Part shown: positions 41,822 through 51,138 of the stretch, one piece after another
How the letters are laid out: every line of letters begins with the position of its first letter
Position numbering within the stretch: the stretch's first letter is position 1
DNA from: an uncultured Gemmatimonadales bacterium
GTDB lineage: Bacteria; Gemmatimonadota; Gemmatimonadetes; Gemmatimonadales; GWC2-71-9
Assembly (NCBI GenBank): GCA_963828735.1
Contig: CAWHFW010000005.1
Span: forward strand, 1,248,001 to 1,312,000
DNA: 64,000 nt
Direction of reading: 5' to 3'
Notes under the pieces: model-generated
What the model was told of the DNA's origin: nothing
Databases searched by the model: none
What the model saw: only the letters and a program-made list of their open reading frames with translations
Program-made: the position numbers and the translations under genes

Positions 41822-43155
41822 TCTCCGATCGAACGCGGTCCGTACTCGTCTGGATCACCTGGGCAGGGTGCCTCGCGATCTTGCTCGGCTTCATCGCGAG
41901 CGACGGCAGAAACCTTCCGTTCGAGGAAGATTGGCTCATGGTGGCCCCCATGACCGGCCACGAGGCCGATCTGCCGCGATGGCTCTGGAGCCAGAACAGC
42001 GAGCATCGGCTGCCGCTGCCACGACTCATGAACCTCGTGCTGCTTCGTGCCACGGGGGATTTTCGCGCCACCATGGTGTTCGATACCCTCCTCCTCGCGG
42101 CGGTGACAGCCGGGATGATCCTGGTGGCGCGGCGGGTCCGGGGGGGCCGGACGAAGCTGGCGGACGCGTTCTTTCCGCTGCTGCTCCTCCATCTGGGGCA
42201 GTGGGACAACCTGGTCTGGGCGTGGCAGATCCAGTTCGTCCTTCCGACGGTACTCGCCTGCGTACTGCTGTTGGTCATCGCCGCACGTCCGTCGCCGCCG
42301 ACCGGCATGGCGGCGGTCACCGCGGCGCTGGCCCTCGTCTCGCTTCCGCTGGCCGGCGCCAATGGTCTCGTTCTCACACCGGTGCTCGCCATCTGGCTGC
42401 TCTACGCGACCTGGGGTCAATCGGACGCCACCCTGCGGACTGCTCCGTTCCGCCGGCAGGCCGGCGCCGGCGCGCTCGCCGCCTGCTGCTTGTGCGGCGT
42501 GTATTTCATCGGATACGAGCCCTCGCCCTGGAATGAGCCCAGTCCCGGCTTGCTAGCCACGATCGCCACTACCGGGAAGTTCCTGGTGTTCGGACTGGGG
42601 CCCGCAACGGCAAAGGCGTGGGGGGTGTTCAGCCTGGTTACCGCCGCCATCATCGTGGCCGGCATCGGGGTGCTGGCCGGTGCCCTGCGGCGACGCGAGG
42701 GGGAGCGCGTTCGCGTCCTTGGCCTCTTGATGTTCTTCGCGGCGTTCATCGGGCTGGGGGCTGCGCTCGGCTGGGGGAGAGCTGGCCGGGTGGCCGCCAC
42801 TGGAAGGATGTCCCCGCGCTACGTGCTGCTCGCGGCCCCGCTCATGTGCGCGGCTTACTATTCGCTGCTACTCTACGGCACGGAGCGCCTGCGTCGTCTT
42901 GGCCCCGCGGCGCTGGCGCTGCTCGCGGCACTGCTCTTTCCGCTCAACACGCGGGAGGGCCTCAAGCGGCGCGACTGGTTCGGGGCGGGCATGACCGCGT
43001 TTGAGCGCGACCTCTCCGGCGGAGCGTCCATCGAGGAGCTCGCGGCGCGTCATCACGCATTCCTGCTGCACTGGGACGAGCCGCTCATGGTGACCAGCAT
43101 GCGGCAGCTCCGGGAGGCCGGGTTCCGCCCCTTCAGCCATCTTCCCGCCCCATGA
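41818..43155 (+). CDS. Polytopic membrane protein, possibly GT-C-like
   Basis: Acidic PFEEDW after TM1, QNSEHR, late RY motif; about 10-11 TMs. Confidence 0.55.
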   Translation: MISDRTRSVLVWITWAGCLAILLGFIASDGRNLPFEEDWLMVAPMTGHEADLPRWLWSQNSEHRLPLPRLMNLVLLRATGDFRATMVFDTLLLAAVTAGMILVARRVRGGRTKLADAFFPLLLLHLGQWDNLVWAWQIQFVLPTVLACVLLLVIAARPSPPTGMAAVTAALALVSLPLAGANGLVLTPVLAIWLLYATWGQSDATLRTAPFRRQAGAGALAACCLCGVYFIGYEPSPWNEPSPGLLATIATTGKFLVFGLGPATAKAWGVFSLVTAAIIVAGIGVLAGALRRREGERVRVLGLLMFFAAFIGLGAALGWGRAGRVAATGRMSPRYVLLAAPLMCAAYYSLLLYGTERLRRLGPAALALLAALLFPLNTREGLKRRDWFGAGMTAFERDLSGGASIEELAARHHAFLLHWDEPLMVTSMRQLREAGFRPFSHLPAP

Positions 43156-43171
43156 TCGGCACGCGCTGACA

Positions 43172-44521
43172 ATGGCGTTTCCATCGGTCGTCGTGCTCGG
43201 AGGCGGGCTGTCCGGCGTCGCCACCGCGTTCGCCCTCGCCGAGGCGGGGGCGACGGACGTGACTGTCATCGAGCGGGGTCCGACCCTCGGCGGCCTCGCC
43301 GGAAGCTTCGAGCGGGAGGGACACTTCTACCCGCTTGGCTACCATCACATTCTCCACCTGGACCGGGTGCTCCATTTCTTTCTCGACCAGCTCGGAGCTT
43401 TGGCGGACGTCCGCTGGCGCCGGGTCCGCATGCTGTTCCATCTCGGTGAACATGCGTACGATCTGGGCTCCCCGGGCGGCTTCCTCGGGTTCCCGATGTC
43501 GCTCCGCGACAAGGCGGGATTCGTCCGGCTGATGTTGAAGGCGTTCGGCAAGCGCGACTGGTCCGACTGGCAGGACCGCAGCGCGGCCGAGCTGGTGGAT
43601 ACGTACGCCGGTCCCGGGACCAGGACCGCTCTGTTCGAGCGGCTGACGCGTCTCAAGTTCGAACTGCCATGTGACGAAGTAAGCGGAGCATGGCTCGGCG
43701 CCCGACTGTACTTTCGCGAGGGATCGGCCCCGCTCGGGTACATTCCCGACGCAAACTGGACCAAGGTGCTGTGCGACGGCGTGACCCGTCTGCTCGCGGA
43801 GCGCGGCGTCACCGTCCGGCTCAATACCTCGGTGAACCGCCTGACGACCGCGGAAGGCAGGGTGCGCGAGGCGGAGCTCAGTACTGGCGAGCGCGTGGCC
43901 GCGGATCTCTTCGTGAGTACCGTTCCGACGGAGGTCTACCTCCGTCTGGCGGGCGGCGATCGTACGCCGGAGATCGAGCGGATCCGCTACTCGGCGCTGA
44001 TCTCGGTGGTCTGCGCCACCTTTCAGCGGCTGGATCCCCGAGCCTACTGGATCAACCTGGCCTCCCTGGACCGAACCGCCTGCGGCATCTTTCTGCTCAG
44101 TGCGCTAAACCCGACCATCGGAGGGCCGGGCGAAAGCTGCGTGAACTTCGTGACCCACCTGCGTGGTCGGGACCGTCCACTGTTCCACATGCCCGACGAC
44201 GAGTTGCTGTCCAGGTACCGAGACGATTTCCGGGCGGTCTTCGGCTTCGAGTTGGACCCGTTCTGGACGCATATCGCCCGGGTGCCGATGTATTCACCCG
44301 TGTTCGGACGCAGCTACCGGAACCCGCCGGTTCGGAGCGCCTCGTGGGAGAACGTTTACTTCGCCGGCAACTATCGAACCTTTCCTTCCATCGGGTCCAC
44401 AGGGACAGCGCTGGGTTCGGGGCTCGACACGGGCGAAGCGATCCTCGGCGATCTCGGCATTCGCACCCGGTTGGCCGCCGCCGCCCGCACCTTCCGGCTC
44501 AGGAGGATGCCTCGTGCCTGA
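43172..44521 (+). CDS. FAD-dependent oxidoreductase (amine oxidase/HemY-like fold)
   Basis: VVLGGGLSG...E...LGGLAGS, YHH, C-terminal YFAG. Confidence 0.82.
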   Translation: MAFPSVVVLGGGLSGVATAFALAEAGATDVTVIERGPTLGGLAGSFEREGHFYPLGYHHILHLDRVLHFFLDQLGALADVRWRRVRMLFHLGEHAYDLGSPGGFLGFPMSLRDKAGFVRLMLKAFGKRDWSDWQDRSAAELVDTYAGPGTRTALFERLTRLKFELPCDEVSGAWLGARLYFREGSAPLGYIPDANWTKVLCDGVTRLLAERGVTVRLNTSVNRLTTAEGRVREAELSTGERVAADLFVSTVPTEVYLRLAGGDRTPEIERIRYSALISVVCATFQRLDPRAYWINLASLDRTACGIFLLSALNPTIGGPGESCVNFVTHLRGRDRPLFHMPDDELLSRYRDDFRAVFGFELDPFWTHIARVPMYSPVFGRSYRNPPVRSASWENVYFAGNYRTFPSIGSTGTALGSGLDTGEAILGDLGIRTRLAAAARTFRLRRMPRA

Positions 44522-45440
44522 GCCGATGATCGCCGCCGACATTGACACGCCGCGTCCGCGCTCGCGCACCCTCGCCTTGGTGCAGGCGCTGCGTCCCCAT
44601 CAATGGGTGAAGAACCTGCTGGTGTTCGTTCCGGTTGTGCTCGATCACCGGCTGTCCGACGCCGAGACCATGGCCCGCGCCGGTACCGCTTTCCTGGCCT
44701 TCTGCTGTGCCGCATCCAGCGCCTACATCCTCAACGACGTCTTCGACCTGCAGGCCGACCGACAGCACCCCACCAAACGAAACCGCCCGTTCGCGTCGGG
44801 AGCGCTCGAGCCCGCGGTCGGGCTGGTGCTCGTGCCGCTGCTGCTGGCCGTGGCCGTGGGCATCAGCTGGTCCACCCTGCCGCGACCTTTCACGGCACTC
44901 CTCGCCCTATACGTCACGCTCACGAGTGCGTACTCCCTCTACCTGAAGCGCATTGCGGTGGTGGACGTGCTGCTGCTCGCAGGCCTGTATACGCTCAGGG
45001 TCCTCGCGGGCATCGCGGCCGCCGAGGTGCGATTCTCCACCTGGCTGTTGGCATTCGCCATGTTCCTGTTCCTGAGCCTCGCCTTCCTCAAGCGCTACAC
45101 CGAGGTGAGCGCGATGGACGGCGCCGCCACGGAGCAGGTGCGGCGCCGTGGCTACCTGCGCGGCGATCGCGAGTGGCTCGGCTCCATGGGCGGCGCCAGC
45201 GGTTATCTGTCCGTGCTGGTTCTCGCGCTCTACATCAACAGTGAACAGGTCGTGGCCCTCTACCGGCGGCCGCTCGCGCTCTGGCTTGTGTGCCCCCTGC
45301 TGCTGTTCTGGACCAGCCGCATGTGGCTCCTCGCGCATCGGGGGAAGATTCACGACGACCCGATCGTCGCCACGGTGCGCGACCCGGCGAGCTACGTGAT
45401 CGGCGCGCTCGTCGCCGCCGTCATGTACCTGGCGCTCTAG
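44514..45440 (+). CDS. UbiA-family polyprenyl-phosphate 5-phosphoribosyltransferase (Rv3806c/NoeC-like)
   Basis: LRPHQWVKN, YILNDVFDLQADRQHPTKRNRPFASG, AYSLYLK, KR..E, DDP. Confidence 0.88.
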   Translation: MPEPMIAADIDTPRPRSRTLALVQALRPHQWVKNLLVFVPVVLDHRLSDAETMARAGTAFLAFCCAASSAYILNDVFDLQADRQHPTKRNRPFASGALEPAVGLVLVPLLLAVAVGISWSTLPRPFTALLALYVTLTSAYSLYLKRIAVVDVLLLAGLYTLRVLAGIAAAEVRFSTWLLAFAMFLFLSLAFLKRYTEVSAMDGAATEQVRRRGYLRGDREWLGSMGGASGYLSVLVLALYINSEQVVALYRRPLALWLVCPLLLFWTSRMWLLAHRGKIHDDPIVATVRDPASYVIGALVAAVMYLAL

Positions 45441-45441
45441 G

Positions 45442-46746
45442 GTGCGCACGTATCGATCATGGGGGCGGTACCCCGACGCCCGGCCGGCCGCCGTGGTTCC
45501 CGTCGTCTGGCGCTCCGATTGCGCGGCGCTCGAGCGCGCGGCGAGCCCGGTACTTCCCTACGCCTGGGGCCGCAGCTATGGCGACAGCTGTCTCAACGAC
45601 GGGGGCACGCTGCTCGACGTGCGGGGACTCGACCGCCTGATCGCGTTCGACGAGACGTCGGGGGTGCTTCGCTGCGAGGCCGGCGTCAGCCTGGCCGAGA
45701 TTCTCGACCTCGTCGTGCCGCGCGGCTGGTTCCTCCCGGTCGTGCCGGGCACGCGCTGGGTGTCGGTGGGCGGCGCGATTGCCAACGACATCCACGGCAA
45801 GAATCACCACCGTGCCGGAACGTTCGGGGTGCACGTGACCCGACTGGAACTCGCCCGGTCCACGGGCGAGCGCGTCGTGTGCGCTCCCGAGGACGCCTTG
45901 TTCCAGGCAACGGTCGGAGGCCTGGGGCTCACCGGTCTGATCCTCTGGGCGGAGCTCCGCCTCAAGCGCGTGCCCGGCGGCGGCATCGAGATGGAACGGA
46001 TCCGGTTTTCCGGACTCGACGGATTCTTCGACCTGGCTGCCGAGGACGACGCGTACGAATACACCGTCGCGTGGGTGGACTGCTTGGCGCGCGGCGCGCG
46101 GCTGGGTCGCGGGATCTACATGCGCGGCGATCACGCGGCCTTCGACGGATCATCCGCTTCGCCGCTCGACGCGACGCGGATCCGCATACCCGCGGAGGCA
46201 CCAGCCGGCTTGATCAACCGGCTCACGATGGGCGTGTTCAACGAGGCCTACTACCGGCGCCATGTTCGGAGGCGGGAGCGGGTGACGGTCCCGTACGCCC
46301 CCTTCTTCTTTCCGCTGGACGCCGTTGCGGACTGGACCCGACTCTACGGGCCCGGGGGGTTTCTTCAGTACCAATGCGTCGTGCCCGACGCGTCGGGCGC
46401 GGGGCCCATCCGTGCTCTCTTCGAGCGCATCAGTCACTCGGGCGAGCCCGCGGCCCTCGCGGTTCTCAAGCGGTTCGGTGCGGTGCGTTCGCCCGGCTGG
46501 TTGTCATTCCCACGCGCGGGCATCACCCTCGCCGTGGACTTTCCCTACCGTGGCGGACGGACCCTGGCGCTGCTCGACGAGCTGGACGCAGTGGTGCGTG
46601 ATGCCGGGGGCGCGGTCTACCCGGCCAAGGACGCCCGGATGAGCGCCGGAAGCTTTTCGGCGTTCTTCCCCGCGGCCTCCCGACTGGAGGCTCAGCGGGA
46701 TCCCAAGTTTTCCTCGTCCTTCTGGCGGAGGGTGCATGCCGCCTGA
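45442..46746 (+). CDS. DprE1-like FAD-dependent polyprenylphosphoryl-ribose 2'-oxidase
   Basis: GRSYGD, PVVPGT..VSVGGAIANDIHGKNHH..G.FG, YTVAWVD, QYQ, LKRFG, LSFP, YPAKD. Confidence 0.88.
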   Translation: MRTYRSWGRYPDARPAAVVPVVWRSDCAALERAASPVLPYAWGRSYGDSCLNDGGTLLDVRGLDRLIAFDETSGVLRCEAGVSLAEILDLVVPRGWFLPVVPGTRWVSVGGAIANDIHGKNHHRAGTFGVHVTRLELARSTGERVVCAPEDALFQATVGGLGLTGLILWAELRLKRVPGGGIEMERIRFSGLDGFFDLAAEDDAYEYTVAWVDCLARGARLGRGIYMRGDHAAFDGSSASPLDATRIRIPAEAPAGLINRLTMGVFNEAYYRRHVRRRERVTVPYAPFFFPLDAVADWTRLYGPGGFLQYQCVVPDASGAGPIRALFERISHSGEPAALAVLKRFGAVRSPGWLSFPRAGITLAVDFPYRGGRTLALLDELDAVVRDAGGAVYPAKDARMSAGSFSAFFPAASRLEAQRDPKFSSSFWRRVHAA

Positions 46747-47488
46747 CGCGCCCAGGCGGGTGCTCATCATCGGCGCGACCTCGGCGATCGCGGCGGAAAC
46801 CGCCCGCGCCTACGCCGCGTACGGAGCCCGGCTCTTCCTCACCGGCCGGAATCCGGAGCGGCTGCAGGCGGTGGCCGAGGATCTCAAGGTGCGCGGCGCC
46901 TCGGCGGTGGAGACCGCGGTGGTCGATGTGACCGACCGGCGTCGCGCCGCCGAGATGATTGACGCGGCCTGGTCGGCGTTTGGAGGCCTCGACGTGGCCC
47001 TCCTCGCCCACGGCGTGCTCCCCGATCAACAGCGGTGCCAGGCCAGCGCCGACGAGACGGCCGCCGCCCTCGAGGTCAACTTCGTCTCGACGGCCGCGCT
47101 CCTGACGCCGCTCGCCGAGCGCTTCGAAGGTGCGCGCGCCGGATGCATCGCCGTCATTACGTCGGTCGCGGGGGACCGGGGCCGGCAGAGCAACTACGTC
47201 TACGGCGCCGCCAAGGGCGGGCTGGACCGGTTCCTGGAGGGTCTTCGGAACCGGCTGTTCCACTCGGGCGTCGCGGTGGTTACCCTCAAGCCCGGCTTCG
47301 TGGATACGCCGATGACCGCCGGGCTCCCGCAGGGGCCGCTGTTCGCCAGCGCGCGAACGGTGGGAAAAGCCATCCACCGGGCGATCGAACGACGGAGAAA
47401 CGTCGCTTACGTCCCGTGGTTCTGGCGGCCGATCATGATCGTCGTGCGATCGCTGCCGGAGGGCGTATTCAAACGCCTGCGTCTGTAA
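46736..47488 (+). CDS. DprE2-like short-chain dehydrogenase
   Basis: IGATSAIA, SVAGDRGRQSNYVYGAAK, KPGFVDTPMT. Confidence 0.88.
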   Translation: MPPDAPRRVLIIGATSAIAAETARAYAAYGARLFLTGRNPERLQAVAEDLKVRGASAVETAVVDVTDRRRAAEMIDAAWSAFGGLDVALLAHGVLPDQQRCQASADETAAALEVNFVSTAALLTPLAERFEGARAGCIAVITSVAGDRGRQSNYVYGAAKGGLDRFLEGLRNRLFHSGVAVVTLKPGFVDTPMTAGLPQGPLFASARTVGKAIHRAIERRRNVAYVPWFWRPIMIVVRSLPEGVFKRLRL

Positions 47489-47546
47489 TCGGGTCCGCTC
47501 GAGAGAGAGAAGGCCCGTTGTAACCGCTTCCTTCATCGGGAACACC

Positions 47547-49199
47547 ATGCACCCGCGTCCGCTGACACTCGCCCTCGCTGTTGCTTCGATCGCCTCGCCA
47601 CTCCTCGCCCAAACGTCTGCTCCCAGCCCGGCCACTCAGGTCGCCCGAGCACTCGATGCGAAGGTCCTCAAGACCCATCTCGAGTTCCTGGCCGACGACG
47701 CGCTCGAAGGGCGCGCGCCCGGTACGCGCGGCGGAAAGCTCGCCGCCAAGTACATCGCGGCGCAGTTCGAGCGCCTGGGCCTCGAGCCGGTGGGCGACAG
47801 CGGGACCTATTTCCAGCACGTGCCGATCATCGCGCTGACGCCCGAGCCCACGCTTGCCGTCCAGGGCGCCTTGGCCGCGCCGCTCGCGTGGAAGAAGGAT
47901 TTCGTGATGTGGTCCATGCGGAACGATTCGCTGGTGAACGCGCGCGGGGATGTCGTATTCGCGGGCTATGGCATCGTCGCACCCGAATACGGGTGGAACG
48001 ATTACGCGGGGCTCGACGCCAAGGGCAAGATCGTGGTGGTCCTGGTCAATGACCCCGGCCTCCAGGACTCGACCATCTTCCGTGGGAAGATCCTCACGTA
48101 CTACGGTCGGTGGACGTACAAGATCGAGGAGGCGCAGCGGCAGGGCGCGGCCGGCCTTCTGATGGTGCACACGACGGAGAGCGCGAGCTACCCATGGACC
48201 ACCGTGCTCTCCGGGTGGGTTGGCCCCCAGGTCCGGCTGGAGCGCGAGCCGGGATCACTGGTGGTCGCCGGGTGGCTGCAGCACGATGCAGCAGGGAGAC
48301 TCTTCGCCCAGGGCGGTCAGGACCTGGCGGCCCTGACGGCCGCGGCGGCGCGCAAGGGATTCCGCTCGGTTCCTCTCAAGCTGCAGCTCGACGCGAGCGT
48401 GCGGAGCGCCATCCGGCGCTCCGAGACCGAGAACGTGCTCGGCCGGTGGCCGGGGAAAGGCCACCTCGCGCAGGAAGCCGTGCTGATCGGCGGCCACTAC
48501 GATCACTTCGGTATCGGGGCGCCGGTCAACGGGGACTCGATCTACAACGGCGCGGAAGACAATGCGTCGGGAACGGCTGGCGTCCTGGCGACGGCCGAGG
48601 CGTTCGTCCGGAGCGGTGTCCACGCCGCCCGCTCCGTGGTCTTCGTGGCGTTCGCGGCGGAGGAGTCGGGCCTGCTGGGCTCCCAGGCACTCGCCGCCGC
48701 GCCACCTTTCCCCCTCAAGGATATGGCTGCCATCCTCAACGTGGACGTCCTCAACGTCTACGGCCGGACCCGCGATTTCTCGGCTCTTGGTCTCGATCAA
48801 TCCTCCCTCGGCGCCGCCATCAACCAGGCCGCTGCGGCCGAGGGGCTCAAGGTGACTACCAACCAGGAGGCTCTGTTCCGGGGCGCATACTTCCGCTCGG
48901 ATCACTTCTCGCTGGCCAGGGCCGGCGTCCCTGGTACCAGCCTGGAAAGCGGTTTGGACTACGTTGGCCACCCGGCAGGCTGGGGGCAGGAACAGCACGA
49001 CAAGTACAACGCCGAGCGCTACCACCAGCCGAGCGACCAGGTTCAGCCCTGGTTCAACTACGACGGAGCATTGCAGCAGCTTCGCGTCATCATCAGGACA
49101 GCAATGATCGTTGGCAATGCGGCCGCACAGCCTAAGTGGAGCACTGGCTCGGAGTTCCGCCAAGCCGGCGAATCCCGCCTGTCAGCTGGAACCCGGTAG
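47547..49199 (+). CDS. Exported M28 peptidase with PA domain
   Basis: Signal peptide; FLADDALEGR, HYDH, GAEDNASG, AEESGLLGS, RSDH, YHQPSD. Confidence 0.92.
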   Translation: MHPRPLTLALAVASIASPLLAQTSAPSPATQVARALDAKVLKTHLEFLADDALEGRAPGTRGGKLAAKYIAAQFERLGLEPVGDSGTYFQHVPIIALTPEPTLAVQGALAAPLAWKKDFVMWSMRNDSLVNARGDVVFAGYGIVAPEYGWNDYAGLDAKGKIVVVLVNDPGLQDSTIFRGKILTYYGRWTYKIEEAQRQGAAGLLMVHTTESASYPWTTVLSGWVGPQVRLEREPGSLVVAGWLQHDAAGRLFAQGGQDLAALTAAAARKGFRSVPLKLQLDASVRSAIRRSETENVLGRWPGKGHLAQEAVLIGGHYDHFGIGAPVNGDSIYNGAEDNASGTAGVLATAEAFVRSGVHAARSVVFVAFAAEESGLLGSQALAAAPPFPLKDMAAILNVDVLNVYGRTRDFSALGLDQSSLGAAINQAAAAEGLKVTTNQEALFRGAYFRSDHFSLARAGVPGTSLESGLDYVGHPAGWGQEQHDKYNAERYHQPSDQVQPWFNYDGALQQLRVIIRTAMIVGNAAAQPKWSTGSEFRQAGESRLSAGTR

Positions 49200-49303
49200 C
49201 GCCCACGGGCGGCTGGACCTGGAGCCAGCCGCCCTACCGTCCTCGGGCGGTCCCGCCTATCTTCCCGGCCGCTTACGCCCTGACCGCCTCCCCAGGAGCG
49301 TTT

Positions 49304-50410
49304 CTGGATCTGCCCCATCAGCATCGGATTCCGCTCAGCTGGCTCCTCGAGAACGGCGGACCGTCCATTCGGTACCGCGCGCTCACCGAGCTGGCGCCGG
49401 CGGGCTACGCCCCGCCCGAAACGATCGCCGCCGCTCACACGGCGGTGGTCGAGTCCAAGGCTGCCCTGGCGGTAGTCAAGAAGCAGAAGGACACGGGCGT
49501 CTGGGGCGGGAACCTGCTGGGCCTTGCCGCTTCGGCAGCTCAGGGCATCAAGGATATCGGGACCATTCCACAGTACCGCCGGCTCCTGCAGCTCGGCTGG
49601 CCGCGGGCGGGGCGTCCGTACAAGTTGGGTGATCGAGTGCTCTTCCGGCTCCTGAGCCGGGATGAGGACCCGGCGCTGCTCTTCGAGTTCCAGAAGACCA
49701 GCAAATCCGACGAGGCGGCGGAGACGTGGGCGCGCGACATCATGCGAGAGGCCGCATGCGCGGCCCTCGCCGAGGCCGGCTATGCCGACGACCCGCGGCT
49801 CCGGGGTGCCGGCCACAAGATCGCCAACTCCATCTCGCAGTTCCTCCGGAGTCCGGTCGCCGAAAAGCCGTTCATCAAGTCCGGCACCCAGATGGTCCTC
49901 CACCCCGAGGCCCATCCGCCGAGCTGGTATTCCGTGGCGATGCTGTCCTTCATGCCCAACCTGCAGCGCGAGCGCGCCGGGTTCACCGAACGGCTGGGGC
50001 ACTACCTCGCGCAGCCGGCGCCGAAGAAGGCATTTGCCATCCAGGTCGGCAAGCGAACGGTCAAGCCGCAGCACCTCCTGCTGGGCGACCCGATCGACGC
50101 CGACGCCAAAGGCCAGCCGACCGACATTCCGCTCGCGCTGCACTACATCGAGCTGATGTCGCGGATGGGGGCCCTTCCCTGGGCGCCAGTGGCATCGCGG
50201 GTGCTGGGGCGACTGCTCAAGGACTGCGACGAGGTCGGGATCTGGCGGCCCAAGAATCTTCGGTCGCAGCCCAAGGCGATCAACAAGATCACCTATCACT
50301 ACTATCCGCTGCAGGTCGACGCCAAGACCACCGAGGGTCGCGAAGTGGATGTCACCTTCCGCTTGGCACTCATTGCCAAGCTGCTCGGGTGGGCTACCGA
50401 CTACGTATGA
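49304..50410 (+). CDS. Hypothetical protein (possible alpha/alpha prenyltransferase/squalene-cyclase-like fold); probable CTG start
   Basis: Long ORF with typical codon use; AGGAG 5 nt before the CTG; QxxxGxW-like motifs (QKDTGVW, DEVGIW). Confidence 0.65.
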   Translation: MDLPHQHRIPLSWLLENGGPSIRYRALTELAPAGYAPPETIAAAHTAVVESKAALAVVKKQKDTGVWGGNLLGLAASAAQGIKDIGTIPQYRRLLQLGWPRAGRPYKLGDRVLFRLLSRDEDPALLFEFQKTSKSDEAAETWARDIMREAACAALAEAGYADDPRLRGAGHKIANSISQFLRSPVAEKPFIKSGTQMVLHPEAHPPSWYSVAMLSFMPNLQRERAGFTERLGHYLAQPAPKKAFAIQVGKRTVKPQHLLLGDPIDADAKGQPTDIPLALHYIELMSRMGALPWAPVASRVLGRLLKDCDEVGIWRPKNLRSQPKAINKITYHYYPLQVDAKTTEGREVDVTFRLALIAKLLGWATDYV

Positions 50411-50451
50411 TGGCATTGCGGGAAGCGGCGTAGCACCCCAAACTACTCTCC

Positions 50452-51138
50452 ATGCCCCGCATCAACCTGACGCATTTCGGGTTCACTCCCACCGAGAGCC
50501 TGGTGTACGAAGTCCTGCTTACCGGCGGCCCCGGGACGGGATATGCCATCGCCCGGTCTGCAGGACTGGCGCGCGCCAATGCCTATAGCGCTCTCGAGGG
50601 TCTCGTCGCCAAAGGGGCGGCCCGCGTAGAAGGGGGCCGCCCCAAGCGCTACCGACCCGAGACTCCCGCGGCCCTGCTCGCGAGGATCTCGACTGATCAC
50701 GGGCTGGCGCTGGAGCAGTTGAGCCACGACCTGGAGGAGGTGTCCGTGCCCGCCACCCCGACGCTCGTGGAGATCGAGTCCGGGCGGGCCGTCCTGCAGC
50801 TCATCACCCATGACGTGGCCCGTGCCGCGAGCTCGGTGGCGCTCCTCGCGCCAGCCGATGCTTTCCCGCTGCTCGCACCAGCACTCCGCCGCCCCTACTC
50901 GGCCGGACTTCCCGTCGTGCTCTGTGCCACGAGCCCGGTGGACCTCGGCTTCGCCGTGGTCGAGGTGGTGCGCGCAGACCATCCATGGCCCGGCATGCCC
51001 ATCATCAGCGTCGTCGACGAGCGGAGCGCGATCATGGCCACGCGCCAGGGTGCCGAGGTACGCGGCCACTGGAGCACCGCAACCGCCTTCGTGGCCGGCG
51101 CGCGGCTCGCCCTCGAACACTTCCGCGGCACGCCATGA
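50452..51138 (+). CDS. TrmB-family transcriptional regulator
   Basis: FGFTPTESLVYEVLL..GPGTGYAIAR.AGLARANAYSALEGLVAKG...PKRY. Confidence 0.85.
   Translation: MPRINLTHFGFTPTESLVYEVLLTGGPGTGYAIARSAGLARANAYSALEGLVAKGAARVEGGRPKRYRPETPAALLARISTDHGLALEQLSHDLEEVSVPATPTLVEIESGRAVLQLITHDVARAASSVALLAPADAFPLLAPALRRPYSAGLPVVLCATSPVDLGFAVVEVVRADHPWPGMPIISVVDERSAIMATRQGAEVRGHWSTATAFVAGARLALEHFRGTP

Noticed and set aside
43172..44521. Assignment as protoporphyrinogen oxidase (hemY)
   Set aside because: Only the FAD fold is shared, and the context is glycan synthesis with no hem genes.
49207..49234. 10-bp hairpin after the M28 peptidase gene as an intrinsic terminator
   Set aside because: There is no U-tract and the next gene is co-directional, so its function cannot be supported.
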